Shown: positions 52,153 through 64,000 of the stretch, piece after piece
Layout of the letters: the number at the start of each line of letters is the position of its first letter
How positions within the stretch are numbered: position 1 is the stretch's first letter
Source: Lama glama
Taxonomy: Eukaryota
NCBI GenBank assembly: GCA_028534125.1
Contig: CM052821.1
Span: 53,010,001 to 53,074,000 of the forward strand
Direction of reading: 5' to 3'
Length of the DNA stretch: 64,000 nucleotides
Program-made: the position numbers and the translations under genes
Notes under the pieces: model-generated
Databases searched by the model: none
The model's input: only the letters and a program-made list of their open reading frames with translations
What the model was told of the DNA's origin: nothing

Positions 52153-53182
52153 AAAGGGCAGTCAGTGACTGACCTCCCTGCTGGCTGGGAAACTTCAGAA
52201 ATGGGAGACTGCCACAGAGGGCAGGGATGGGCCACCCGCTGCCTGCTCCAGTGCCCCTACCCTCCAGTTGCAGTGGGCTTTTTTTATCTGGAGCCTCGTC
52301 CACATTGGCCCAGCCAGGCAGGCCCTTCCAGATCGTCTTCCTGGCCACACCCTGCCCAGTCAGTGCGGGGCCAAGAATTTCGCCAAAATTTACCCTGAGG
52401 GTACTGGTGTGACGGGGGTGGGGGGGGTGGGGGAACAGGGCTCCCTGGGGTGGGCAACATTTGACCCCTCACCCTTAGTTCCTGGGATATCTCCTCATCC
52501 CAGAAGACTTGATCTCCCATCCCTGATTGCCTGGAGCTGCTTGGAACCCCCTTCAGTTGACCCCAGTTGATGTTTATCTTCCTGGTGATTTGTGAGGAGT
52601 TTCCAGAATTTATGAGGTCATGGGTCAAGTGAGAGGTTATAGGTCACAAGTCCATCAAGAGGCTAAATGCAGATGAAAGAGGAGCTGCTGTCCACCCACA
52701 CGGCCCTGAGACCTCCTTCCCCAGGTGACTCACTGGCCTCCTGTTCAAGGTGAGGACTAGTTCAACCCTGACCCCGGCCACTTTAAGCACGGCCATGGGG
52801 AAACTGAGAAGTGACAGACATTTAACAATGCAAACCCCCTGGCAGCTACAATAAAGATGAGGAAAAAAGTCTCAAGTTGAGTAAAACAAACAAAAAAATC
52901 GGAATGAATGAAGCATGCATTTTGCTCAGCACACTGACCTCTGGTTTCACCTGATTTTACTACTCTTACCATTCTTTCACCTTGATTTTCTCACATATGC
53001 AAATCAAACTGTCAGACTGAGGCAGACTAAGACCAGCTAACCAACAGCTGAATAAGTGAAGCACTTCAACGTCATGGCTCCTCACGGGAAGCTACAGGTT
53101 CACATGGAGAGACCAATCCTGTCCTCTTACTAAATTCCAAAATAGCACATACACATGACTGGCAGATGTTGTGGGGGAAAGA

Positions 53183-53362
53183 CAGTGGTGTGCTGATCAA
53201 TGTTTAACAGCTGGTGGGGGTGGGGATTGAGGCTTGGGTCGGGGGCTGATCTGCAGCATTTGCCAGTTTCTGTGGTGTACATGCTCCGACCACGGCTAAC
53301 TCCAGAGAGACGTCACTGAAGGTGGAGCTGGGGAGAATGCGCACAGTGGGCTCTCGCGGGCC
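53183..53362 (+). mobile_element. MER63-like hAT (Blackjack) DNA transposon remnant
   Basis: cagtggtgtgctg terminus; ttgccagtttctgtggtgtacatgctcc...gacgtcactgaa...tgcgcacagtgggctctcgcg. Confidence 0.75.
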
Positions 53363-56300
53363 TTTGGCTTTTTTAAGGTCATTATGAAGTCAGGCTGATG
53401 AGGGTCCGAGCCTGGCCTCCTTGCTAGCCGCGTGCCTTGGAGAAAACTGCTTCACTTCTTGAGCCTCATCTGTACATGACAGGAGAAGGCCAGGTATGCT
53501 AGGTACTCAAAAACTGAGACCAGGTCTTCTATGGGGGCGCTGACTTCTCCTGCAGATCTGGAGAAAAGGTAGCTCCTCATGGGGGCCCTGGCTAGGCCAG
53601 GCAGCCCCTCCTCAGAGGAGGCCTTCAGGAGAGGGACTCTCTCAGGCCACTGAGACATACTCAGGGATTCATCCGGTCATCTGTGACTCCTGCCCTGGTG
53701 AGAGTCTGGCCAGTACGTGGTTGCCACCAAGTGGCCTTCCTGACCATCATCAGTGGCTGTCATCCCTGGTGGGCTGGGCCCAAGGTCAACCCTCGCTCTC
53801 TGCTCATATGGTTTTTGTGGCTCCTTGGTACCGACAAGCACACAAGGCAATGGCGTTCCAGCTTCTTCCCAGCTTCGTCTCCCACCACCTCCCACATGTA
53901 GACACTGCCTGCTGACCACCCCCCAGAAGTGCCCATCCACGCCCTTGCCTCTCCTGTCTTCCATAAACAAAATCCTGGGCCTGCCTCAAACTCCACCAGT
54001 TTCATACGGCTTCCTGACTCCTGGTCACACTCCTCATGTCCCTTCTATGCCCCCACCCGACGTTAATTTCCCGGAGCTGTCCCGAGGCTGGCACAGGAGC
54101 TCAGCGCCAATCAGGCAGGTCTGTGCTTTCTTCCGAACCTGAGAAGACCCCACGGGCCCCCGTTTCAGCTCAGGCTTATACGTGATGAAGAAAGGGAGAT
54201 GGAATCTCCATTCACAGCCGAAGAATCACAGTTTAGGGGAAGCCCTGCCAGTCGTCATCAACCGTAAGTTTGCCACTGGAGAGCCGATGTGGCCCTGAGC
54301 TTCGCACACTAGATAGAGCATTAAGCTTTCGGAATTCCCAAGCTTCCTCCCGCGCCGTGGCCTTGCCGTCAGGCGGTCTTTCTTTTCGATTAGCTAGACG
54401 TTAATAACGAGCCAAGATGTCGTCATTGTTTTGCTGGCAGAGGGCAATCTGGGGGAGTGCTCTAGCATTCTAGTCCAGGGTTGATGTGGCACTGAGCAAT
54501 GAAACCCCGGAGCTGGGAAGGTGGGCCCCAGTCCCCAGCTGTGATCAGCCAGTCTCAAAGGTACCTACGCAGTCCTCGCAGCAACTGTGGGAGAGCAGGG
54601 CCAGGCCCTCCATCCTCCACCTAAAGACGAGCCCAGGTCACGTGACTTCCCCTCCTCCCTCAGGATTCCACGCAGGCTCTGAAGCTCCCGGCTCCTTGCC
54701 CAGCTGCCCCAGAGCCTCCTCTTCCCCTCCAGCTGAGGGCGGGGCGGGGCTGGGTCACTAGCGGAGCGGGATTTGGGATCCCCTTGCATTTCTGACAGTT
54801 CCTGAGGAGCCGAAGGGCTTGTACTTACGTGCTTGTGTGTCACAGCTGTTAGGGATTACCATACTAGACACTAGCTGGGGAGACTTATACTTACTAACTT
54901 ATTTAAAAGCGGAAATTAAAAATTTATTACATGTTAACATTAATACATTTTTTTGGTTAAAAAACGATATTTTCCAAAACAAAGGGACAGTTGGCTGAGA
55001 GCAGAGTCCCTGCCGAGGAGCTGGGGGTGGGCACTGACTCTCGACCACACCGTCTGAGGCCCTGGGAGCGCACCTGGGCCCGGAGCCACAGCCCCTGGTT
55101 CTGCAGGCACCAGGCACTCCTGCCTCTGCTAGGTTGTGGGGGTGCCTCTCGTTGACCAGGCCTGTCACAGACCGGATGCTACAGGGGCCAGTCAGCTGGT
55201 GGTGACACGCCAGAGGGTGTTCGCTCTGTGAGGCTGAACATTACTACATCTCTCCTCCAGGAAGCCTTCCTTGGTCCCCAGGCCAGTCAAGGGCCTTCTG
55301 GACGCCATGTCCCCCTTGCTCACAGCACTGATACGGTGGCTGTGTCGCTCCTCTCTGCTCTCCATGTGACTTGAGCTAAGCTCTGAGTCTTCTCAGTGAC
55401 CTCACTGTCACAGTGACAGGTCTTGCCCAGGAGGCGACACTCTTGAGTCCTCACAGTGAAGGGAGGAGAAATGGAATAATCCTGCCCCTCCACGAGAGTC
55501 TGGGCAGAGGTCTGGGTCTCACCCCCAAGCAGCTACCAACCTGGGAAACAGGCTGATGTGGAGTGAGCAGCTGGGAAGAGCAGCCACCAACAGCCAGGCT
55601 CACGTGAGGCTGGAGTCTGCTCAGCCTGAGTGCCTCCAGAGGCCACTTCTCCCTGAGAAGCTGGTCATCACAGTATCGCCGTCACATTTAAAAATGGTCC
55701 TAACAACCACTCCAAAGGCTACCACTGCCTAGCTGTGGGGCAGGGGTACAGCTTCCTCTGTACTGGTAACTTAGCCCCTTGCCCAGCTGTAGACACGGGA
55801 ACCACCTGCCTTCCCCTCCACTCTGGGCAGCACTGGCTTCCACAGGCCATGAGAAGCCTGGCTTCATGGCTGGCAGAACACAGGTGGTCAGGGCTGGCTA
55901 GATCCTTGCAGTCCATCTCACAAATGGAGAAGACGAGGCCCCGAGGCAGGAGTGACTGTCTCAGGTCATATGGCAGGAATGGAACCAGGCCCCTGGGCTC
56001 CCAGCTATGGCCCTCCTGCCCTGGGGGTCACTGAACTACACTTGTGGGACCCAGATGGCTGACAGGCAGCAAGCATTTTCTGGAGTGAACAGAACTAGGA
56101 ACCTGGCACAGAGTTGGTCTAGTAAATGTGGCCTGTTACTATTAATTGTCCTCAGAATAAAAGCCTATTAAAATTCAAGGCCAATTCAGACTCTGTGAAG
56201 CTCTCTGGGCAGCCCCTCAAGAAAGCACAGAACCCTTGCTCCTCTTTAACCTTTCCCCAGCTGCCACTGAGCGTGAGGCCAGAGCCGCAGCTCACCTGCA

Positions 56301-58635
56301 GCACCGTCAAGTTCACACGAAGCCTCGTCTCGCACGCATGCGTCACCTCTCTAGCCTTTCCAAACGGTGCCAGGTTCCTTGAGCAGCCGTGCTTTACAAA
56401 AGCCGGGGTCCCGACCTCTGGCCTGCTTGTCCTCTGAGTCTCCGCTCTCCCTTTGTGGCCACCACTGGCCTTCCTTCTGGGCTGGAGGCACCAGATCAGC
56501 CTCGGGCAGGCCTGGCCCCCGCCCTCCACAGCTGCTCTGTGAAAGGTCATGGGCTCTCAGCTGAGCAAGGTCATCACTCTGGCTGCCTCTCAAGCGGGAG
56601 GAGAGCTAAAGGGCTGGCCGATGAGCCCCGCACCTCAGGGCAGCACCAAGCTGAGCCTGCTCCACCAACTCGCCTCCCTGGGGCTCGGCCTGAAAGCGGC
56701 TCCCATTGTGGGATAACTGACGCCTTCATTCTCCCAGCACAGCTCGAGATCTGCCGCACAGACGGCGCTTCCTGGCTCTGTCTCTTCCTGCGGGAGGCAG
56801 GCCAGCTCTGAACTTCCTCCTGTGTGTGTCTCCCTGCAGCAGGTGAGCTCCCACCAGCAGGTGAGCTCCAGGAGGCAGCGTCCTGTCCCTGCTGTGGCCC
56901 GTGCCCAGAGCCCTGGCCGCACGACAGAGGCGCAGGAGATCTTACTGGGGAGCGAGTGCAGAGGCAGCAAGGAGGAGGCCTGCTCCCACCACGTGCTCAC
57001 ACCAGCAAGAGGCCCTGAGGGAGACTGAGCCTCATACAGGGCTGGGGCTGGAACCTGCCTGCTGGTACCTCTGCTCAGACGCCTTCTTCCGTTTTCTCAG
57101 CTGGGAAATGGGTGGTCAGAATCTTTACCTCTGGAGGTTGCCGTGAAGCGCAAGTGAGATGATTGTGTAGTATGCGGCACAGAGCGGGTTCCTAAGAAAG
57201 TAGGACTGCCACCAAAGCGTTTCTACTCTGCTCCTGCTTCATTCTGTCTTGTGTTAAATGTGAATAGTTGCTAAGTTGCTCTCTCCTGCCAAACAGGGGG
57301 AATCTGAGGGGAGACCTGAGCTTTATTCTTTTCTGTACCTAAGTACCCAGCACAGAGCCTGGCAGAGTTAGGGATCAGCAAACAGTAACGGAAAGAAAGC
57401 GAAGAAGGACGGGGGTGAGAAAGAGAAGGAGGGAGGAAGAGAAGAGAGCAATGAAGGGGATCTTACCTCTGAGCAGATTAAACCCACTGCCTATTATTTA
57501 GGGGGCAAGGCGAGAGGCATAGAGAGCCTGGAAAGCACTATTGTGGCACCTGCTGTTGTGTTTTCTATGAAACACAGGACCTCAGGACATCTGATGGAAA
57601 TTCACAACACATGTTACAGGCTCTGAGAAGTTCTGCAGTCATTCATGGGATAGCCCCCGTCCCCTCACTCAACACAGTATCCTCGGGAGCTCTGCCCCAA
57701 CCCCTCTGGGAGGCTCTGAGTTACAGGCTTAGAGATCCCAGAATGGTCCACTTCATCCTCATCTTACAGGTCGTGGTGGCTCAGAGACTGAGGCGGCACA
57801 GGGCAGGGCAGGGAACAGGGCACTAACTCCCACCACATGGAGCCTGGCATGGCTTCCTCTGTGCCTCAGAGCCTCAGCGGTAGGGCAGGTGGCACTCCCT
57901 TCTTGTCTTCTCAGGAAGGCTGTCCTGAGGGCAGGAAGCTAACAGGTAGTGTTCCTGGGGCCCAGCAGAGGTTTGAATGTTAAAGGTGAACCCTAGGGCA
58001 TGCAAGGTGCGTGGTACCAAGCACTTCCGCTCCAGGAGAATGGTCCTGGCTCCACATTAGAAGGGACTCCAGGTCCCCCACCCTGCTGCGCCCCCATCCC
58101 AGCTCCTCTGAAGCAGCCAGGCCCGTTTCTGCCAGCTCCGGCTGGCACACTGTCTCCACTGATGCCAGCCCGCAGGCTCCTCCAGGACAAGGGCCGAGCC
58201 CAGAACTGGGCACCGAGCAGGCTTTCCGAGCCTGCCGAGCAGAAGGGTCCCGGCTCAAACTCTGTCCTCCTGTGGCCCCTGCTTTGTACCATGTCTGCTC
58301 TTGGGAACTGCACACAAGGGAGCTGCCGCTGGGCCAGGTGCAGGCATTGCCTCAGCTTCACTCTCCTTCTCAACACCACGCAGTGCCGCGTCCAGCAGAA
58401 AGCTCTGCTTCTCCCTCCTCCTTGAGGAGAAGTGAGATAGAATTTGAGTCGTTCCCAGAAATCCTGGGCTTCAGGGGCCTGCTGCCAGTCAGGCCAGGCT
58501 GCCCGCCAGGTCGACTCTAATTTGATCCAACCCATCCAAATCCAATTATGTTCTGCAAACTCGGACCAAGTGTCTCCTTGGTGCCCAGGATGGGGCGGGG
58601 AGCAACGAGGACACAGAAGCGTTGCTGCCACATCG

Positions 58636-58735
58636 CCGGGTCTATATTCAGACTCCGTCACTTGCTGTGTGACCTTAGACAATCACATCACCTCTCTGAG
58701 CCTTAGTTTTCACCTGTGGAAAGTGGATAGTCACA
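58636..58735 (+). mobile_element. MIR SINE
   Basis: gctgtgtgaccttagacaatcacatcacctctctgagccttagttttcacctgtggaaagtgg. Confidence 0.7.
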
Positions 58736-60059
58736 GGACCTGCCTGCCTCACAGGCACTCAGCGTGCAGTCCCTTCTCTGGGCCAGTGAGGCTGGCTAAG
58801 GGTGCAGGGAAGGATTGAGGGCCTTCACCCTGGGCAGAGGGAGCCATAGAAAGCTTGTAAATCGGGCAGCAATGCACTCTGTGTTAGAAAGATCTCTGGA
58901 TGCTGCATATGGAGGGAACCTGCCGGGGCAAGAGTGCAGGCAGGAAGCAGGTGGGAGACTACTGTTCTCACCCCGAAAGGGATGAAGGAGCCTGGAGGGG
59001 AGGCAGCGTCTGTGGGGACAGGGAGGAGGGCTGGACTGGGGACACATTTCAGAGCCCCTTTCTCTGAGCTTTCCAGAAGACGTGAGGCAGGGACTCTGGC
59101 TCTAACTATACTTTTACTTAATTTACCCCTCGCTATAAAGCCTGAGATATGGCTATTGCATGATTTCATAAACAAGCACACGAGGCTGGATGAGGGTGGG
59201 GGAAAGACGTGCCAGGGCCACACTGTGCACGAGAGGCAGGGCCAGAGTTCCGAGCTGCACCTTCCTCTCCCAAGTGCCCAGAGCTTCCTTCTGAAGGGCT
59301 GCTCCCCAGGTTCACGCCTTCCCTAGCCCCTGTGACAGCCCCCTGCAGCCCTTTCCCACCAGGGCCTATTTTCCCAAAGGCCTTCTGTCATTTTTGGATG
59401 GTCCACAAGAGTGTGCGCAGAGGTAAATGATGGCAGAGTCTGCCTGCCCCAAACCAGTGTGTACACCGTGTCTTTTGCAAAGCAAAGTTCACGGATGCAT
59501 CTAAAACAGGGCAGTGTGTGTGGGGGGGTGCGGGCTCGATCTGTTTGTACTTAGGAGCAGGCCTTTCTTGTAGCCCCCGGCCAGAATAACAAAGCTGGAA
59601 TGTGTGCCTCCCAGGGGTCGTTGCTATGGTGACTTCATCAATAACATCATTTTCCGCATCCCTGTCCCTTAAACACTTGGGAAGGGAAGGCAAGCTGGGA
59701 ACTGCAGAGCAGGGAGAAAAGAACAATTACGTTGCTCCGCCCTCCCCCAACTCGGGAGGAAGGGATCTTCCTCCCCTTCCACCTCATCAGTACAAAATGA
59801 CGGAGCCCAGGATGGGGCTGGAGCCTTGGGAGGCGGCAGGAAGAGGCTGCTGCCATCCCCAGCCCAGCCTCAGCAAGCCGACCAAGCTAGGCAGGGTAAA
59901 GCAAACATAGGCTCCCACGTGCTTCAAAGAGGGGCTGAAGGAAACACCAGAAGGGTCTTGCTTTGGGGGGAAGACGCAGGAGCAGTGGCGGGGATGGGAC
60001 CGTGGGAGAGGTGACAATGACAACAGCTGTGCACGTCCGTCCAGAGCTGCCTGTGTGTC

Positions 60060-60215
60060 GGGCTGTGCCACACGCTCCACATGTGTTATCTCATGAATTC
60101 TCCTGACAGCTCCGCAGGGCGGTTCTATCATGGTACTAGCCTCACTTAACAGATGAGAACACTGAGGCACAGAGAGGTTAATAACTGAGGTAAGGCAAGG
60201 CGGCGGGGCTGGATC
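60060..60215 (-). mobile_element. MIR SINE
   Basis: acagatgagaacactgaggcacagagaggttaataact (reverse MIR core). Further degenerate MIRs near 35150, 42890 and 60850. Confidence 0.7.
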
Positions 60216-60994
60216 TAGGGACAGTGTGAAATCAAGACAGCCTCTGTGCTGCAGAACAAGCAGGGCAGAAATTCGCGGCTGCTGACAGCCTTGCTCCCGT
60301 TACCGAGCGCCCACGGCACACCACACACTTCACGTGAATAACTGCCCGTAAGCCTCGTGGCCGCTTCCAAGTAGGTGCTGTTACCCCCACTTTGCGAGCG
60401 AGGAGAGTAGGTCGAAGAGAGGCTCGGTAACTTGTCCGGGGGTCACGGGTGGGACAGGCATTCATGCTCACTTCAGAGCCTGTGCTCCCAGTGGGCTTCC
60501 AGGAGGCAGTGTTGCATTCACGTCCAGGGGAGGGGCAGGGAAACCAGAGTGGCCCCCTTCTACTCCACTCCCCATGGTGATCTGGAGCCCTGAAATGGCC
60601 AGGCCCCTGCCTTCCCTGGCTATGTCCACGCTTCCATGTTGTCTCTCCAAGCCCACCTCAAGCGCCAGCTTCTCCAAAGTGCCTGTTTTTTTACCCAACC
60701 TTTCCCGCAGCCAGGGAGTGACAGCTCCATGTTCCTCAGATTCCCGGCCTGAGATCACTGAGGCAGAGCCAGGAGCACACCCTGTTCACTCCTGATCTGC
60801 AGAGCCTAGCCCCAGACCTGGCACAAAGGCAGAGACAGAACACAGGCCCTTACAATACCACCCTGCAAGGTAAGCAGTTTTGTCCTCATTTTACGGAGCT
60901 GTTCAGAGAAGTTGAGCAATTTGCCCTTGGTCACTTGGGTTGGACGTGGTAGAGCTGAAACTTGAACCCTGTTCTGTCTGCCTTGAAGACCCAC

Positions 60995-61592
60995 CCTTCT
61001 CCAGCTGCAGAGGGAACTTCCCGGAGCGTAAACGTGACTGTGTCTTCCTAACTGTTAAAAACCCTTCGATGCCCCCACGCCGGCCAGGGCTCATAGGGTT
61101 AGGCTGAAAGTTCTCAGCATGGTGGTCCAGGTCCTCCAGACCCACTCCCCCCCGCGGGCCACGGCCTAAGGGAACAGGGATGCTCTGCTGTCAGCCAGCA
61201 CAGACTGCCTTCCCTTCTCACCTTGGTCCCTTTGGGGATGTAGCCTTCTGCCTGGGACACACTCTCTCTCCTTTGAATAGTAGCTTCTGACTAGTTATTT
61301 GAGATTCTGCTCCAGTGTTACCTCTTCTAGGAAGCCCTCCTTGTTGCCACTCTTACCTCGAGTCACTCGGCTAGATTAGGGGCCTGGCCTGGGCCTCCAC
61401 ACCCCGGACTCCCCTCTCTCATAGCACCCCCCACACGAATTGTAACTTCTAAGTTTGCTGGGTCTCCCTCACCAGACTGGGGGTCCTTGAGGAGGCAGGG
61501 CCCAAGACTGAGCCGACTCTTTGCCTCCCCCACCCCTGGCCCTGCACGATGTCCATCCCCAGAGTGAAGGCCTGAGAAATGTTCGCTGAACC
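60995..61592 (+). mobile_element. L2 3' fragment
   Basis: ttaaaaacccttcgatg...ttacctcttctaggaagccctcc...caccagactg...gaggcaggg...aatgttcgctgaa. Confidence 0.6.
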
Positions 61593-62845
61593 CAGCTGTA
61601 CTGGCGAGGGGCCTGGGCTTGGCCACTCTGGGCTTTGGACTCTGCATCAGAACAGCGGCCAACACTCAGGCAACACGATGCCTCTGTCTGAAGGCCCAGG
61701 CGGCTGCTGCCTGCAGTGCAGGGCTGGCCCCAAGCCTGTGCCGCCTGCCTGCCCACCCGCCGGTCCGGCTCCACCTCAAGCCCCTAATTACACTCCAAGC
61801 ATCCGTGCCTGGATGGTGCGCTGAGAGACTCTCATTATGAGGCCTGGGCTTAGCAGAAATGCAGGACTCTGTCTCCCATCCTGTGCCCCCAAAATTACAT
61901 CCTCCCTGGCAATTCCAGGCCTGGCTGGGGTGTCCCACACTAGACCCCCAGCCGACCGTGAGTCCAGCCTACCCCGGGCTGCAACCCTAGGGGTGGCCCT
62001 ACATGGGAAATGGGAGTAAGACTGTGGGCTTCCACTTACCCAGAGCTCCCCAGTGCCAGGCCCCATGACAGGCTCTTTGCCAATGCCCCGAATTGACCGT
62101 CTCCATGACTCTGCATGCCAGGTGCCATCAGCAGGCCCACCTGACAGGTGACAATGCTGAGGCTCAGAGAGAGGTCTCTACCTTGTGTGGTGGAGTGGGG
62201 CCCCACCCCTCTGAGTGCCAGGTACCAACAGCAGGCCCACAGGGGTCCCGGCACCTTGGCTGAATGCTCACTTCACACCACCAGCCCTGGTGCCCTCTGG
62301 GCTGCCTCAGTGGCCCTCCGGGGGACTTTGCTCTGCTCCTTGTCCTCGCCAGCATCTCACTGCCCTCATCAGCCTGATCCTTTCCCACTGTCCCCCAGGC
62401 ACACAGACCCCTTTACCTTCCTACCACCTCCAGCCCTACTTCCAGGCTTGAAGGCCCCCAGCCAGGGCCCCGGGAGGACTGGCCCTTCTGAATGTGCACC
62501 CCGCCTCCCCTCAGCACTCGCTGGCCAGCTGGTGCAACCACGAGAGTCCAGCCCTCCTGTGATTTGAATCCCGACTCCTTCCACATTCCCCTGCTCAGTG
62601 GCCTGTGGGGTCTCTTTCCACCAATCTTTAGGGAGGGTCTCCTTCCACAGGACCAGCCTGCTTTCTGTCTGTGCCTTTCACCCGCTTGGCTCTCACAGCG
62701 GCTGGACCACAGTCCAGCCCATCATGCGTGTTTAGCAAACACCTGTAGTGTGGCTGGCCCCGAAGTGCCTGGTTACTTACGAACAAGGGCCCGGCTCCAA
62801 ATCAAAGCCGCCCTACTCTGAGTTTGCATATGAGCAAACTGCCAG

Positions 62846-62910
62846 AGGGACTGGTTTTCTGGAAAGCTAGAACTGGAAGGGACTGGTTTTCTGGAAAGCC
62901 AGAACTGGAA
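62846..62910 (+). repeat. 32-bp tandem duplication
   Basis: agggactggttttctggaaagc(t/c)agaactgga x2, one mismatch. Confidence 0.9.
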
Positions 62911-64000
62911 AGGAGCTTAAAGAGCATCTAGATGAAGCCTCAACTTTTCCACTGAGGGGGCCAAAGTCCGCCGGACTGGACCCACCCTGGGCCACGCAGT
63001 AGCCATTAGTGTCCACATGGAGCCTTGGCTCCCAGTGCCTTGACCCTCAAGTTCCTCATTCTTTCCGTCACATCAGGAGGTGGCTTACGAGGCATTGCTG
63101 GTTCGGGGGTCACTCACCCACTCAGTCACTTACTCCTACACTTTTGCTGGGCAGCACCTTTGTGCAGGCCCAGCTCGAGCGCCCACCTGTCACAGGTGCA
63201 TTTTCAGCTAAGACCAAGTCCTTTGCCACGGCTGCTCACTGGGTGGGCAGGCACCGTGTACAGGACAGACGGACAGATGGGCAGACAGAGAATTCAGACT
63301 GTGGCTGACTCCTGGCATGTCAGGTGAGAGCAGAGAGGCTGGGCTGGTCTGCCCTCTCAGAAAGCGGACACGGACACCAGCCTCCCTTCAGCTCCTCACC
63401 TCCTGTGCCTTGGCCAGTCCTGCCACTGGGAGCCCCCGGAAAGCTGCCTCTGTGAGGTGGGGGGGGAGCTTGTCTGATGGCTGTGAGGACCACGTGGCAG
63501 TCTGTGCAGACACACGTGGACAGATGTCTGCAAGACTGCAGGTGCCACGGGAAGGTCAGCATCACTGGGTGGGAGGGTGGGCCTGGTTTCACCAGCTCTA
63601 CTTCCCACATCTATTCTGGCTCGTTGTAAGGTGTGTGGCCTGGAACTTGCTGGGTTTCCTCCTCTATGAAGCAGAGGAGGAAGGCCACTAAAGAGAGTCA
63701 AGAGGGAATGGCTCCCGCTCAGGGTCCCCGACCACCCCTCTCAAGACGCAGGTGGTGCTCAGTAAAGGCTGGCCTGCACCACCCGCCAGCCCCCTTTGGC
63801 CAACTCTACAGTGTCTGTCCCTTTGGAGCTGCACACTCACCTTCTCCTCCATCTCTTTCCAAGGATAATGGTCCTTCCTCTTCCTGCCCCTGAAGTTCCC
63901 TAGCTGGTCACTAGGCGTCACCACAAGCACATCCAAGCCCCTCTGAGGCCCAGGTGAACTGGGAACACAGGCTTGTGAGACTTTCTTACCTCCTGAGATT

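Noticed and set aside
51070-64000. SCUBE1 exon 4 (DVDECQDNNGG...)
   Set aside because: No matching sequence was found; it must lie beyond the window.

Overview
Mammalian, GC-rich genomic window, probably camelid (a tRNA-derived Vic-1-like SINE and a cetartiodactyl-type L1 3' end are present; no Alu, B1 or Bov-A/BovB was noticed). It lies entirely inside one minus-strand gene, SCUBE1. Fifteen coding exons (human numbering 5-19; 2097 nt, 699 codons; all introns phase 1) were delimited from splice sites and translation. They encode EGF4-EGF9, the spacer, the Cys-rich repeats and the start of the CUB domain. Exons 1-4 lie beyond the right edge and exons 20-22 beyond the left edge. Introns contain a decayed class I ERV internal region (gag/pol/env traces) split by an L1MB, plus L1, L2, MIR, MLT1 and MER63 remnants and a 228-N assembly gap. 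Most notable: (1) a 42-bp tandem triplication at the exon 10 5' splice site giving three in-frame GTGAGT donors; (2) a GC-AG intron after exon 16; (3) an assembly gap in intron 6, flanked by RBFOX motifs and UG-rich tracts, that may hide a cassette exon known from SCUBE homologues. There are no CRISPR arrays or bona fide RNA genes, and nearly all ORF-track entries outside the SCUBE1 exons and the ERV/L1 remnants are spurious. Homologue comparisons and repeat family names are from memory and need database confirmation.
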